From Harriotta raleighana (Eukaryota), in assembly GCA_050575255.1 (NCBI GenBank), contig JBNZDD010013655.1, forward strand, positions 2,575,065-2,639,064: a stretch of 64,000 bases of DNA. Direction: 5' to 3'. Each line of letters opens with the position of its first letter. Position 1 is the stretch's first letter. The translations under genes and the position numbers were made by a program. Shown one piece after another: positions 36,291-50,991 of the stretch. The notes beneath the pieces are model-generated. The model was not told the origin of the DNA and did not search any database. It saw nothing but the letters and a program-made list of their open reading frames with translations.

Positions 36291-38239
36291 CTCACTCAAT
36301 CTTCTCTTGGTGAGTTAGCCTGCAAGATTGAGAATTCTGAAGCAACAAAACCTCAATTGTGTGGTTAAAGTAAATAAAACAAAGTTTCAAATAGTTTTTC
36401 TAATTTGGCTGTGGTTACTCTCAATTAACAATGCCTGGACACTGACATTCATGTATATTCAATCTTTCAAATATTTTAGAAAAAACTTTCCAATGTTTGA
36501 AACTCCGTTTACTTTGTGCCAGAGAAAGAAAATAAGTACTGCCAGGAATTGGCAAAATTCATTGCTCAGAAGTAAGTAGCTTCTTTTTGAGATCCCCGAA
36601 GGACCCGGTTCCATTGTAACTTTCCTCCCACCCTCAATTATTTCAATTTTGAAAGGACAATTATAAGTACTGTAGTAGGGGTGAAATCAATGGTTTTTAT
36701 AACCATGACACCAATTCAGCACCATCCTTGAGAAGTGATGGGATTTTTAGTGACTTGCATTTTGATGGGGAATGGCATAATGTTTCCATGAAGGTAAATT
36801 GTGCCCCAATACCTGAAATTTCATGATTGAGTTTGATTTGGTAAATACTGTAGTATGATACAGTGTCATAAATTGAGAATTTTCACCAGAAGAAAAATGG
36901 GGTAGACTACACAGAGGGCATTATATAAATGTGTGCTGAGGAACAGCCAAACTGCATTTAAAATAGAATTATAATAATAAACAAATAACAATCCTTATAG
37001 TTAATATCATGACAATAATGTTGAGAAACATCCCTTCCTAAGCAATTATGGTCAAGTGTATTGACGTTTGAACGGACTGTGTAGTCATTTGAAAAATTCT
37101 TGAGGAAAATAATATCAAACAATGCAGAAAAATCAATACAGTGGATTTGTGTTTAGAATAAGCACGACTATAGACAACAATGAACTGAATGGCTTCATTC
37201 TGTGCTATAAACATTATATGAATCCATGAAACAAAAATGGATGTGCAGTTGGTATTATTATTACTAAGAGATTAGTTGGTGCATTGGATCCTGGCTTTCA
37301 TTTCATCGAAATGAAGGATGTGAATGCTGAAAAATGGATTGGGCCAATTCAGTGGCTCAGGTATAATATGGGTACAAATCTAGAGAAAATAATTTAATTA
37401 AAGAATTTTTGTCTGCAAAGATCAAAATTTATTTGAGGAAAGCTTGACTTTGCTGTTAGTGCACCAGCCTTTGGCTAAAAAATATGTCCAAACCGGCACA
37501 TTTGACAATTTCATTTGAAGAAGCAACAGGAATAGCTGATGTGTGGAAATGGAAACATTACACTGCTGTGTTGCAAGATTCTATGGTTGGAGATTGAGAC
37601 AGCAGTACATTGTTGGGATAAAATAGACTGAACTTTATATTCCAATTCACCATGTTTTATATGACCTATGAGTGCTTCCGTTTCATTTCTCATCATTAAC
37701 CTCCCAGAGCACTTAACATTTATCCAAACCGTATCAATCAATGCATTTGTTAGGAAACAATGGTTGGTGGGGCAATAATGCTGCATGTCTACAGGATTTG
37801 TTTTTAAAATAGATTGGAAATGCGTAAAACCTTTACTCTGGTCTCTGTCAAATGCTATGAATATTATAGACTTTTTTTTACAACTAGGGAAACAGCTCCC
37901 AAGAATAAATTCTTTGTGGAATCCACAGTATTTTTCTTGTACTGTATTAAATTTTATTGAGTATATAGCTCTTGAGAATTTGCAATCAACTGCACTGAAT
38001 GTGTCAGCGTGGCTCATGTGAATCATAACAATTAGATGGATGTTTTCTTGCTCAGCTACATTGACAAACCAAAGAAGGCCATTGACATTACATAACAATT
38101 CATCAGGATAGAAGCTTCACCATTTGAAGATGAAAATTACTATGGCAACAGTCCTCCAGTGTCTCAGCATTCAATACACACACACTGTTAGTGTTGAAAG
38201 AATTCTTAAGGGAAATGTATAATAGCTAGATATTATGAT

Positions 38240-38350
38240 ATAATAATAATAATCCTTGCATTTGATATAGCATTTTTTACGTCTTCTAAATGTCTCAAAG
38301 CACTTCACAGAATTTACTGTAAAGTGAATTGACTGTATATTTATGGGCAA
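38240..38350 (-). mobile_element. SINE 3' fragment, followed by a short TGTTGATGTTATGCAAAA tandem repeat to 38406
   Basis: (AAT)n CCTTGCATTTGATATAGC...AAAGCACTTCACAGAA. Confidence 0.8.
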
Positions 38351-39707
38351 AATGTTGATGTTATGCAAAAATATTGATGTTGATGTTATGCAAAAAGTTA
38401 TGCAAAAGAAACATCAAATCTAAAGTTATGTTTATCCAGATTTTACTAACATCATTCATTTACACTACAGAAATTCAAACTCAAGAGCTAATATGATGGG
38501 ATTAAAGTTAGATCAAAAATCTTTGGGATGTTTATGCCTGATTACTGGCTATGCCAGAAATGTAACCACAGTGTAATTGAACTCTTATATTACTAAAACT
38601 TACTTTACTAACTTCTCAAATCCACTCGTGATCATCTTCCCTACTCTCCCAATTCATAATCTTCAGATTATACTGTACTCTGCTACCTGTATCCTCATCC
38701 TCACAAATGCTGCATGATCATCATACTAGTTCTTGCTAGACTACATCACAATGCATCACAATGGATTGACTTCAAGGTCCTCAGCTTCAGATAGAAATCA
38801 CCATAGCACCTTCCTATCTCTTAATCTCTTTATATCTTACTCTTCCGTTCACCCCTTCCACTAAACTAACTTGGACTTGCTACACATGCTCTGACCATAA
38901 GTGGTCAAGCCTTCAGAAACTCTGTCCCTAACCTCTGAAACTCCCTCTTTATGTACTTTCCTTAAAATCTAGCTATTTGAGAATACCTAACTTTCTCTAT
39001 CTCTCTTGCTCTTTGAGGGTGCAGGCTGTACTATTAAACCCGGACTGCCCAAGTCACCTATGCATCTGTGCACATCACAGACTTACTGCCTTACTAAGGT
39101 GGTCCATGATTACATTTCAGATCACACTTAGGGTTCACATAAGATAGGATGCACAATGCAAAACTTTCATGGAATTACATAGACTGTGCAGCATGAAAAA
39201 AAACATTCAACCCAACTAGTCCACGTGGGTGGATATTTCCACATGATTCTACTCTGCTATTTTCCTTTCTCAAACCACTCTAATTTCATCTCCCTCATGT
39301 AACCATGAAGTTTCCTCTAAAGTAGATTGTTGCTTTCAGTTTTAATTACAGCTGTTGGCAGTGAGTTCCACATTATCCCATTCTCTGCTTAAAGTTATTC
39401 CTCCTCAACTCCCTTTTGGATATGTTACTGGCTATTTTACATTTACTGTACTTGTTTTAGTTTTTCCAATAATAGTGTTATTTTAACATTTTCCAATGCC
39501 TTATCATGTCTTCGAGATGACGCGAAGCATTTCACAGAATATACTGTAAAGTGTAGTGACAGTGTATACAGGAATAGTCATCAAACACAGTTCATTGTCA
39601 AGAAAAAACACAAAATAAATACGTATCATGTAAGATTCTATTACCATAAATTAAAAACGAATAATGAAAAGTAAAAGCAAGTTCCACTTATATCACTGAT
39701 GAAACTA

Positions 39708-40190
39708 GAACAACAATTTGCATTTATGTAGCATCTTCTATGCAGACTTTGCCTCAGAGGGTTTCACAATAGCGGAGCCCGGAGGGGAAGGAGACCATAG
39801 GTGCGGTTGAACAGAAAGATTTCAGGCGTGATCTAAAAATGGAGGGGGAAAAGGAGGGGGTAAGGTTAAGGGATTGAGGGAGGAAGATCCAGAGTTTCAG
39901 GGCGTAGTGGCTGAAAGTATGGCTTCAGAGAGTTTTAGGGGCAGGTCAGATAGGTGGAGGAGGTGAGAGCCATGGGACTGAAGACGTCAATGTGAGCTAA
40001 AGGGAATGGCTTCCGTCTTGTCAACATTTAGCTGCAGGAAGGTTGCGCTCATCCAACTCTTGATGTCTGACAGATAAACTGACAGAACATCAGTGCACTG
40101 GGGGTCACAATTTGAGTTGGAAAAGTAGATTTGAACGTCGTCCATAAGCTTGTGGAAGTTTACCCCATGTTTGCGGATGACATCACCAAG
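39708..40190 (-). mobile_element. L2 fragment with large internal deletion
   Basis: LGDVIRKHGVNFH...DDVQIYFS...LSDIKSWMSATFLQLNVDKTEAI. Confidence 0.85.
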
Positions 40191-41224
40191 AAAGAACTCC
40201 CTCTCCTCACCGCCGCTCTCACCCTGTCCCTGAAGCAACTCGGACTCTTCCTTTCTTCATCGCCTTCTAAAACTAGAATGTTTTACATTTGCATTGAATA
40301 TATAACTGAATATATACTGATTGCAACATTGTATGTTAATTTTTTCAATCAAAACACTGATGTCTTAAAATTTTAAAACAATACATTACTGGATCAGCTG
40401 ATTTCCTTGAATTGAAACAATGCCACAGCGGAGTCAATTACATCCCTTCAAATGTTATCTAAGCTTGCGTCTGCCTCTCCTCTCATTATAAAATCATTTG
40501 AAAGCTAATTTATGATTTAATGACTCATAAGATGATAAAAAAAATCATTTATTCCAAGGGCAGAATCCGATCTTGTTTTATGGTTACTTTTAATGACCTT
40601 GAACACTGGGCTGCAGTTAACTGAATCTCTTATCTGCTCTCTCTTTCTTTGCAAAATAATAATGAGAAACAAAATGCTATGATCTTGAAACAAATATATG
40701 TGCTGATCAAAACATTCTGCTTTTCTTTTCATAAAAGAGAAAATTCACTGATCCGTGACCCCTTTTAAAAATCAAATTGTTACAAGTATTAACTTCAACA
40801 TGCTTTTTGAAATGTTCTGTTTTCAGTCAATATTTGTTTCAACATTGTGCACTAATTATGTAACTGAAGGAATTGAGTCGGAGAAGTTCAACAATTAATT
40901 CAAGAATCCATGAGGGATAATTTACTCTAAAACTTTTTCCAAAGCTAACTTGCTTTTTATTCTACAGTATTTATAGGATCTCTGAATTTCAATTTCACAA
41001 TTATAAGACCTGATCAGAAGGTGGGCTGACAATGTAGTCTAAGCTTTATGAGCCTATCACCCTTGTTGTTCTGAGCAAATTTCTAAAATGATTTAAGAAG
41101 TAAAATGGGATTGAGAAAGTAAACTCAGAACAATATTTTGAGATGTTCCAAAATAGCAGAACAGGAAGGTTGTGGAGTCTGAAAAGCAATGTTAGAAGAG
41201 ACACCAGAAAGTATTTCTTGACAC

Positions 41225-42062
41225 ACAACAACAACAACCACAAAATTATACTTGTATAGCGCCTTTCATGTCAGGAGAATGTCCCAAGGCACTGGACAAT
41301 CATTGTTTCAGACCCGAGCTGGGGACAGCGGCGTGGAGGGAAAGTGGAGATCAGGATTTGCCAATGAGTTAATTGAAGAGGAGGGTCTTGAGGGGGGTCT
41401 TGAAGGAGGCCAGGTAGGGTGTGAGGCGGAGGCATTGAAGGATGGAGTTCCAGAGGTTGGGGGCAGAGTGGCTAAAGGCTTGCCCACCAATGGTGGGGCC
41501 GGTGGGTCGGGGGACGTGGAGCAAACCGGAGCCTACTGAGCGGTGGGGGCAGACAGGTTGTCACAGGGTTTTATGGTCACAGATGTAGGTTGGGGCAAGG
41601 TTGTGGAGGGCTTTAAATGTGAGGACCAGGATCTTGGATTTGTTCCGTTGGATGATGGCGAGCCAATGGAGTCGGGCAAGGATGGGAGAGATGGGGTCAC
41701 GGAGCTTGGAACGGTAGAGGACACAAGTCACAGAGTTCTGGATCATCTGCAACCTGTGGAGGGAGGAATTCAGAAAGCCGACAAGCAGGGCATTTGAATA
41801 GTCGAGCTAGGATGCAATGAAGGCATGAATGAGGGTTTCAACCGCCTTGGTGATAAGTTAACAGCGGAGTCGGGCAATATTGCTGAGGAGAGGGAAGACA
41901 GAGCGAGTCATTGCTTGGATGTGGGGGAGGAAATACAGTTGAGGATTGAACAAGCCACCTATGTTCCTGAATGGCTTGGTGAGGTCGAGTTAGCAATCAT
42001 GGAGGTTGATGCTGTCAGCATCTGATGCATGAAGACACTGGAGCGAGCCAATCAGTAGGGCT
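41225..42062 (-). mobile_element. L2 3' portion, tail type A, abutting a plus-strand CR1 remnant (about 41090-41225)
   Basis: RDPISPILARLHWL...KILVLTFKALHNLAPTY; (CAA)n tail. Confidence 0.88.
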
Positions 42063-43699
42063 GTCTGTCAATTCCCAGGACCAGGTCATTTAACAAACTA
42101 CATTTAACCAACAACCTGATGCTTGTACAGTACTTCTTTTTGGGGATGAAACTGATGTGAGTACTCAGGAAGCATTAGATCAAACAGGCTGAAGGATACT
42201 CTTCAATTTACTTCTCTTGTCAACTCTAAGCAATTCACAGTTTAACATGAGCTGTGTCGGTTACCTCTCCAAAAACGTTTTTTTTGTCAAAATCAGCTGT
42301 AATCTTATATTAAATATAAAACACATCCGACATCCTCCCTGACATGAAAGGTACTGTATAAATATAAATTGTATTATATTTCCAGGATTCCAAGTATTTT
42401 TTTTTGCTGATGTGCAAACAAGCATTCCACTTCTGAAACCATGAAAACCTTTAACAGTGAAACTAAATGTCCCAGTTTCATGTCAGTGTGTATTTTCAGA
42501 ACTGAAACAATCATATTTGGCAGGCAGAATGACAATAAAAAAATGAAAAAGTGTGTTTATGAAACCTCTCTCATTGGAATTTCTCAAGTACATGTTATTT
42601 GTACATGTATATCTCCCCACAATTTACACTGAATGGTGAAATTGTCATACACCAGCTTCTCTGAGTCCTAAAGTCATCGTAAATGTAAATAAGAAATGAG
42701 AATTTGTGTAGAATTAGCTCAGAATGTGATATTCCCTAAACTGTGATTAAAATAAATCATGCTCTATGATGTTGTGAAATAGTTTATGCCATCCGTGCTA
42801 TTTTGAGTGATTTTGGCACTTTCCTCAGTGTCTTCAAGCTTTGTCATACGTTGTTATTTGACAGCACACCAGGGAACAGAAAAGTGACAGCAATGTTGAG
42901 GCATTCTGCATCAGTTGGTAGAAATGAAGAATAGCTATCGACAATATCTTGAAGTCTGAGTAAATGTAATCAGAACTGTAAAGTCACAGTGCAAGAAATT
43001 GATGGTCCTTGATACAATGGTCAATGTTAGGATCAACCCATTTTGAAGTATCCTTTCCAAAGCGGACACACATTTTGTTGCTTCAATTGTTGCTCATTAA
43101 TTGTGGTTTTCTGTATCCAAACCTGCACAATCACTAAAATAAAAGCAGTAGAGAGGTTCCTGGTGACAAGAGAAGAAAATATGCGGGAAACGTTTAAGAG
43201 GTAGAAGAAGCTCTGGGATGCTCTATTGCAGTCTGACGAATGTGGGAGAACAATCAAATGAATCCTTGCATATCAAATGCAAGGATTATTATTATTATTA
43301 TACAATAGAGTCCCTTTTATGTCATGAGAATGTCTCAAACCACTTTAGAGGATTTTTTCGCAAAGTCGAGTCATTTGGCTTTCAAACTCCGCAGCCAGCT
43401 TGTAAGACAGAAAGCATACTTGAGCATTGGTTTGGAGATTATCATCCACATATTCTAGATGAGGGCATCTGTCACAATGTGTATAGAAAGCTAATTAAAT
43501 GCGTTCCATGGTCTGTTTACATTCAAAGGAAGTTACCATTATCAGAAACATCAATTGACAAGCCCAGACTAGCCTACAACACACAATCACAAACTGGGGT
43601 CATTTCACAGTCTCTGTTCTTGGGAGGCAAAATATACCAAAAATCTTGGCAAACATTCCAATTGCTCCCCAATGATTGTAACGGAATAAACAGAAATTC

Positions 43700-44292
43700 A
43701 CTCCCTCGTTGTCGGCCTTCCCAGCAATTCCCTTCACAAGTTGCGGACCATCCAAAACTCTGCAGCTTGTGTCCTCTCCTGCATCAGGCTCCATAACCAC
43801 ATCAATCCCACCCTCACCTGGCTCCATTGGCAAGCCCCAGAGGATAGAATGCAAGATGCTCATCCTCTCTTTCAAGGTCATTCATGGCTTTGTCCCTTCC
43901 TAACTCTGCGACCTGGTGACTCCTAACCAACCTGCCCGACCCCTCCATTCAGCTCAATGTCTCCTGTCTGACCCGCCCTACCATCAGCCTTTCAACCTCC
44001 CAGCCCCCACACTCTGGAACTCCATCCCTTCACCTCGCTTCCTCTCTTGCCTCCTTCAAGGCGGGTCTCAAGATCCTGTTTTTCGATCGTGCATCTGTCG
44101 CCCTCCTACCTCTCACCCTCCTCTTCCCTCTACTCTGGCGCTCTCTGGTGCTCGAGTCCCACCCTCTGACTGTTCAGCGCCTTGGGCTGTCCTCCCAACA
44201 TGAAGGTGCTCTATAAATGTAATGTTGTTGTTGTTAGAATGTCCACCCAGTGTAAAAGGCACTATACAAATGTAATTTTGTTGTTGCATTTT
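43700..44292 (+). mobile_element. L2 3' fragment, tail type A, plus a second tandem tail
   Basis: IQNSAACVL...HINPTLTWLHW; two GGC(A/G)CT.TA.AAATGTAA(TTG)n ends. Confidence 0.85.
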
Positions 44293-45974
44293 GTTTTGTT
44301 TACCATGAGTCATGAGAAGCTACAAGCCTTGTGAATCTCTCACAAACTACCTCTGAACATTCCACATCAGTTTGAAAAATGTAGATAAATTTCATAGTGT
44401 AAAATATACTTTAGTATACAGCAGACCACAGGACATTTTTAAATCCACAATGTGTAATACATGAATGAAAATTAGAAAAACACTATGGATGGATATATAG
44501 AACTTGAATGCACAAATATCATTTACGATATCTATCAAAATATCTTCCACTTATTAGAATCCCATTGAACTTGAAAGTTGAGTGGAACGATAATACTACT
44601 GTATTTTATTGGCTAAAGAAAAGTAAAGAGTAAATAATACCATTTCTTCCACATCCACATGCTAATAACAAACAGATGTACAGATGTTATAAAAATACAC
44701 AAAATATAATGTTGCTCCAGAAAATGACCACAACCATTTAACAAACGGAAATAATTTTAGCCTTAAACCATGTCTTGTCATTAGCAAATTCAGACGGTAA
44801 TGCATTGGAAATCTGCAGCAGATCTTCAAATGTGAAGTTTATTTATGTTCATAGACTACTGAACTGTTAAAGACAATCTTTTAGGCACTGCAACATTTTC
44901 AACAGAGCCCAGAGCAACATCCTAAAACATTTCAAGTTGTTTAACTGTAGAACCAAATGGTAACACAGATTTAAGAGATGCTATCCTTTTGAGTCCGTTT
45001 ATAGTTTTGGCCATCCTGATATTGTAGCTTGAATTAAGAAGACGGGAAAATGCTTGTTTCTGCGGATGTCACCACGGATACAATATATCTTCAATGCTTG
45101 TTTACTTAGATTGATATAGAATCAGGCACAACCCAACTGGTCCATGGTAGTCTTTCACATGAGTGTCCACCCACTCTTTCCTCCCTCCTATGGTCATCTA
45201 TTCCATTCTTCAAGTTGTTTGTCTGCTGTTTCTCTGCACAATACCAAAGGAATCCATAAAGAGCCATGAAGTGAATGACCACTTCTCTGGGAAGTATTGT
45301 TATGAGTTACAACTCCTCCATGTGCAGCAATAACCTTTGCTTATTTTGGTCATCATTATTATTATTGCTTATATTTGGTATAGCTACGTACTGTATATTG
45401 TAAAAATTTCTTAAAGCACTTCAAAGGATTAGGCTGAAAAGTGTAATGTCTGTATTTGTAATCAAATGGAATTTTACAGAAACTGTAGTACACTGAATAG
45501 GTTGTTCACATCTTTGTGAATGAGATTTTGGAAAGTACCCAAAACAATAGTGTATTAACAGTTTGCTGGCCTTGGTTCTTTTATAATTTTTAAGAAAGTT
45601 AGCAGATAAGACAAATTTTAAATGAGCACAGCATCTGAGGGAAACAATAATTTAGTTATTAACAGTATGGAGAGTAAAATACCACAGACCATTAAAGTCT
45701 AAATTAAATTATATACAACTTATTTCCAGAGTTCAAGAATTCACATATTCAGCATAACATATGTAATTACCCCTCATTAAGGGGTGTGCTGTGAATCAAT
45801 TATATTTTACTCTGTAAATTCTGTTGTTTGGACTACTTAAGACTTGCGTTGATTTATAGCGGATAGGTGTTGGCACAAGCACGTATAGACTGTTCCAGAA
45901 AGCCCAGATATTGCCAGTTTAGAAATTAGGTACATATTGGAAAACATATTCCTTTAGGTTTAATTCATCAGTCC

Positions 45975-46252
45975 TTCAGGTGAGATGTTAAACAGAGGCC
46001 CCTATTTAGATGGACGATAAAGATCCCATGGTGCTAGCCAAAAAAGTAGGGTTTTTGCCCGTGACCCGATGAACAATCCCCTAAATTAAAAAATGGTTAT
46101 TCACTTCATGGCTGATTGTGGTACATTAATGTGTGAAAATTAGCTGCCGTATTTGCCCACAAAGCACAGTGAGTCTCTGAACTTCACAGTATATCCTGTG
46201 AATTGCTTTGGGATGTCTTCCTGATATCAAAGTACAACATCAAATGTAACTG
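45975..46252 (+). mobile_element. Deu-domain SINE 3' two-thirds
   Basis: GAGATGTTAAACAGAGGCCCC...AAAGATCCCATGGTGCT then the shared SINE 3' half. Confidence 0.75.
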
Positions 46253-48691
46253 TTTTTAGTTTACTTATATAGTATAAATATATATGTATATATATATAGA
46301 TAATTTATATATGTAACTTGATCAAGTTGCCGATCAAAGAAAAGCGTTCTGGTATCTGTCCTGAAATTGCCCTTTGGAATACTAAACCTATGCCCTTTTG
46401 TTCTAATGTTTTGTTATATTGTAAAGTATTGATCTCCTTACATTGAACACTCCCTATCCTGCCATGTGTTAGAGATGTGAGGTGAAATGGAAGATGCCCA
46501 CTATGTCTTGGCTGAACAACATTTGGATTCTGTAAGTAGCCGCAACTTTCCCCAAACTTAATTCACTATTCACTCATTGCAGTATCAACTTCACTCTTGC
46601 TGATCCTATAACCCCAAACTCATCTATGAGATCCGCAGTGACTGGAACTACTTCCTTTTACCATCTATTCCTGTGGCATTGCTTAACTGCTCAAAACATC
46701 ATTTTCCAACAGCCTGGGCATGTGGTGCTCGGAATGGGCAGCTATCCATAAAAATGACAGCAGAGCAGCAGGGAATGCCGGCAGGCAGCATCGAGGAAGC
46801 TATGCAGTATATTGTCGCATTCTAGGCTAGGAAAAGGAGAAATCACCTTTCTCAATGATATAATGTACAACCTAAAGTTTAGCCAGAATATAAACTGCCT
46901 TAACTGAAATCTCTGTTGGTTCCAGCCCAACTCAAAAATAAATGACTAGTTCTACTGGTCATACCAGTCGTTGTAAGCCTACTATTAATTTTATTGTTAA
47001 ATGTCTATGGTTACTTATTGAGAAATGTTTATATTTGTCTCTATTTGTGTAATATATTCACTTGGTCACTTGGTATGCTTTTTTGTAATGTGAGTTCCTA
47101 GGTGGCGGTCAATCAAATTCTTCTGTAGCATTGATATCTTCCACTACTGGGAAGATATTCTAAGCAATGACGTCACTGTTATGTTACAAGTGCAGTTGAA
47201 CTGGCGTGTAAAAAATTTTTCATTAGCTAGCGTTAATTCTTTCAAAATTGACCCGCTGTAAAGGTGGCAAAACCAACATTTATTCTAGAGCTAAATTGCT
47301 GGAATTTTCATCTTAAAAATAGTACTTATTATGGTGAATGTAATGGGCACAGACAAAATTTGTTGTTTATTATTGATGAGAGTAAAAAGAAATATTGTTT
47401 TGTGGAGTCAATTTTGTTTTAATCCAAATCGATGTATAGCAAACACTCGTGTATGAATAATCTTAAGGAATGATTGAAAGAGATTTCTTACCAGAAAAAG
47501 GTTTAAGGGTTGAAAAATCCAGAACCTTTCTGTGTTTTACATTGACAAATATAACAGAATGTTTCTGCCTCTCAACATACCTTTAAACTTGGGCGAATAG
47601 GTCTAGATTCTCAAGGAATAGGGTAAAGTATATAGGGAATTCGCCAACTGTTTATTTAGGAAATTAGCAATGAGGGGCCATAGGGTTATCATGTTTAGCA
47701 GAATAATCAATGGAGAGGTTAGAAGGAATTGCCTTCATTTGGAAGTTTCTTGTGGAATTCATCACCGCAAGTAAGAATGAAACTGCTACTTGTGGAAATG
47801 AGCTGCTGTTTTGAAACTTTATCCTACGTGAAAGGCACAATGTAAAACTATGTTGTTTTGAGTCTAGATGAATGAAATCATTCCACAAGGAACTGGACAA
47901 GGACCTAATAAGTATTGGAAACCACCCTCCCCTCCCCATTCGCTCTTCTCTATTTGTTTCCAAATCCAAAAGGTAGCCTGGGAGACACGTTACCTCTGAA
48001 GCAGATATGTGGCTGAATTTATATTTGATTTGTGCTGTGTTCTTGAAGTGCAAGTTCCTTGTTGCAATACACTTTTCTGATCAGATTCTTTCTGTCCTGT
48101 TTCACTTGACATATTGTGTTTGCATTTCCACATTGACACTCTGATAACATTCTGGAGCACCAGTACATTAATGTTTATGCAGTGAAGTGAAACACCAATT
48201 TGTGCTGTCAAACACAATAGCTGATTCATTAACTGACTAAAATAGGAGATTGAATTGTAAATAGTGAATGATGGAATGATTGGAAATGTGCAGTGCTGTG
48301 ACTTCAGTCCTCACCGATGATATTTGTGCTCATAAAGACCATGTGATAAAACGCTGTGTATTGTATCACTCAAGTAGTTTGTGCCATCTCTCCACAGTGC
48401 TGCTGTTCCACCTACTGTTTTAAGGGCAATGAGTGATGACACACATAAGGCAGATTAAACAAAAAAGTAGAAAGTGGAAGAGAGGTGCATTAAGGAGTAG
48501 GGGATTGCCCAATACCTGAGCTGGGAGTTAGGCATTATGGAGCATTCTGTGGATGTAAGCAAGGTTCTCTTGAAACTGAGCTGGATCCAATGCAGCATTG
48601 TATGACTTGGGAACAGAATGATGGAATTGAGTCAACTCTTCGACATCCGGCTGACCAAAACAAATTACCTTCATAGATTCATTAGTTGACA

Positions 48692-49075
48692 ATAATTATA
48701 ATAACCTTTATATTTGATATAGCGCCTTATCACATGTTTGTGGCATCTCAAAGAGCTTCACGGAATATATTGACAGTAAAATGAATTAACCGTTTATGCT
48801 ATGGGTGAGTTTTGGCAGACAATTGCGCAAAGCAGTATCCCACAAATAGTCATGGATTGAGTGACCAAATAATTTTTAAAAATACAGTATTTTGTTTTGA
48901 AAGGATTACTGCCCCCGGAAAAGTGATCCGCTATTCGCTTTGCAAACAGGTTCCTTGCTTTGAGGTAAACAGGTGCGTAGAGTAAGGAAACTTGCCTAAG
49001 CTTTCACCATGTCCAGGAATTGGACCAGGTCCTCTCACTTGTGAAGTGTGTGCTCTATCCACTATGCTACAAGAG
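48692..49075 (-). mobile_element. tRNA-derived SINE, long variant
   Basis: Antisense of GTAGCATAGTGGATAGAGCAC head, AAGTTTCCTTACTC body and (ATT)n tail. Confidence 0.8.
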
Positions 49076-50809
49076 TACAGAATGATTTTTGGTTGGAACA
49101 TCTGTTCAGAATAATAATTCTTGCAATTGTCTAAAGTTTAAAATGTCATGGAAAATAATGCTCTTTTTATACGACCTTCTCTTCTCAAATAGTGACATTC
49201 CATGATTAATTTATGAATTTTACAAAAGCCACCATGACAGTCCTGTTAGTAACCCAGCTCTGATGTCCAACAGGTACATGCATAAGCCTTTAATAGCTCA
49301 GTCTGTGCTGATCTGACTGAACTAGAATGTTTAATTTACAGGTAAAAGCCTACAGCTCAGTGGCAGAATAAAACAATTTGGGATTGATTTTCCAGAAGTA
49401 ATACTAAAGTATTTGTCTTCGGGTTACAAAACTGAGTTTTATTAGTGTCCAACAATCACTAGTCAGCATTAATGTCGCAGACAAGAGCACTTGGTAGACA
49501 TGCTAAATTTGATAATGTATTATTTTATTTCAAAGTGGACGTTTGAACAGACGTTTAAAGAATCCAAAATTGAAAATTGAATGTCAATGGAAGCAACAGT
49601 TCCTTGCTGAATTTTAAAGTAAAAGTTTATATAATATTGGAATTTGATGAAATAAACCACATATCACTTTGAAGCAACTTAAAGCAATTCACAATAGATT
49701 ATTATGAGGCAAATGCACCAATTGCACCATTGAAGTTACACCACTAAGAATTGTGGGTCTGAGCATTAGAAGTGAGGTTGGAGACTGGCAGAAGAGTGAG
49801 TTTGAACTGCAAAACGCCTTTTAAAAAACTTGTAAAATAACTACAACAAAAATCTATGTATTTTGAGTAAACATGTGAGCTGACCCAGAACTGCTGCAAT
49901 GTGAAGCTGGTGTGACTCCAGTAACTGATCCTCTTGCACCCTCATGAATATCAAACGTGGTGACTGGATAGTTGTGAACACCCCTCTGACTCTTGAAGAA
50001 TAGTTTCTCCAACCAATTTGTTCAGCACTTTGTTGCCATCATTTTGTTTGAACATAGATGGATAGTTTTTATTCCACATTTCTCCATACTACTTAATAGC
50101 AGTAATAATCCTTACATTTGATATAAACGTTGTACTCCAAATGAGATTTGCCAGGTTTTATCAACCTATCACTGTGGTCCTGAAAACGTATTGTTAATAC
50201 TGTACTTCTGGTTCCTGGAACAGCTACCTGCAATACTGCTCAGTTCAGCTCTGTCCTAGAATGTTCATGATCTGACCCCACATATGTTATAGTACACGGT
50301 ATTATGAAGAATTTTGTGATTGAGTTTATGGTTTTGTGAATTTCACATTATGTAAACTTAATCCATGACTGTTTGTGGGACATTGCTGTGTGCAAATTAG
50401 CTGTCCTGTTCACCCACAAAACACGCAGTCACTACACTTTATAGTATATCCTGTGAAGTGCTTTGAGGCATCCTTGCTATATGAAATATGCTATATAAAT
50501 GTAAGGAATATTATTATGAATAATAAGTACAAACAAGCACATTGTGGGGTGGGAAACGTTGAAGTTTACAAATGGGTTTGATAATAATATCTCAGAGCTG
50601 CTAAAGTGTAATCCAACGGTATGGCACAATTGACCTGTGGGAATCTCTGATCCTGTTCCAGTGCTGGAATCCTGTCAATCGGATATGATGTACTGTACTC
50701 TATACTCGTAAATCCAGCATGCTGACACCACATACTATGTGGGAAGGGAGTGAGGGAAATCAGATCATCATCCCAACCAACAGCAGATGGATACTGTCTG
50801 AGTCAGGGC

Positions 50810-50970
50810 ATTGGAACAAACTCCCTTCTCTTCTCATATGGTGTCATTGGAGCTTTAACATCTACCTGAACATGCAGGTGGAACCTCAGTTTAACATCTC
50901 AACTGAAGGATGGTATCTCTTAACAATGCAACCCACCCTAAGCACTGCACTGGAGCCAGCCTAGACTATA
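50810..50970 (-). mobile_element. Deu-domain SINE fragment
   Basis: CTTTAACATCTACCTGAA...CCTCAGTTTAACATCTCAACTGAAGGATGG. Confidence 0.7.
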
Positions 50971-50991
50971 AGCAAACATCATAAAATTATT

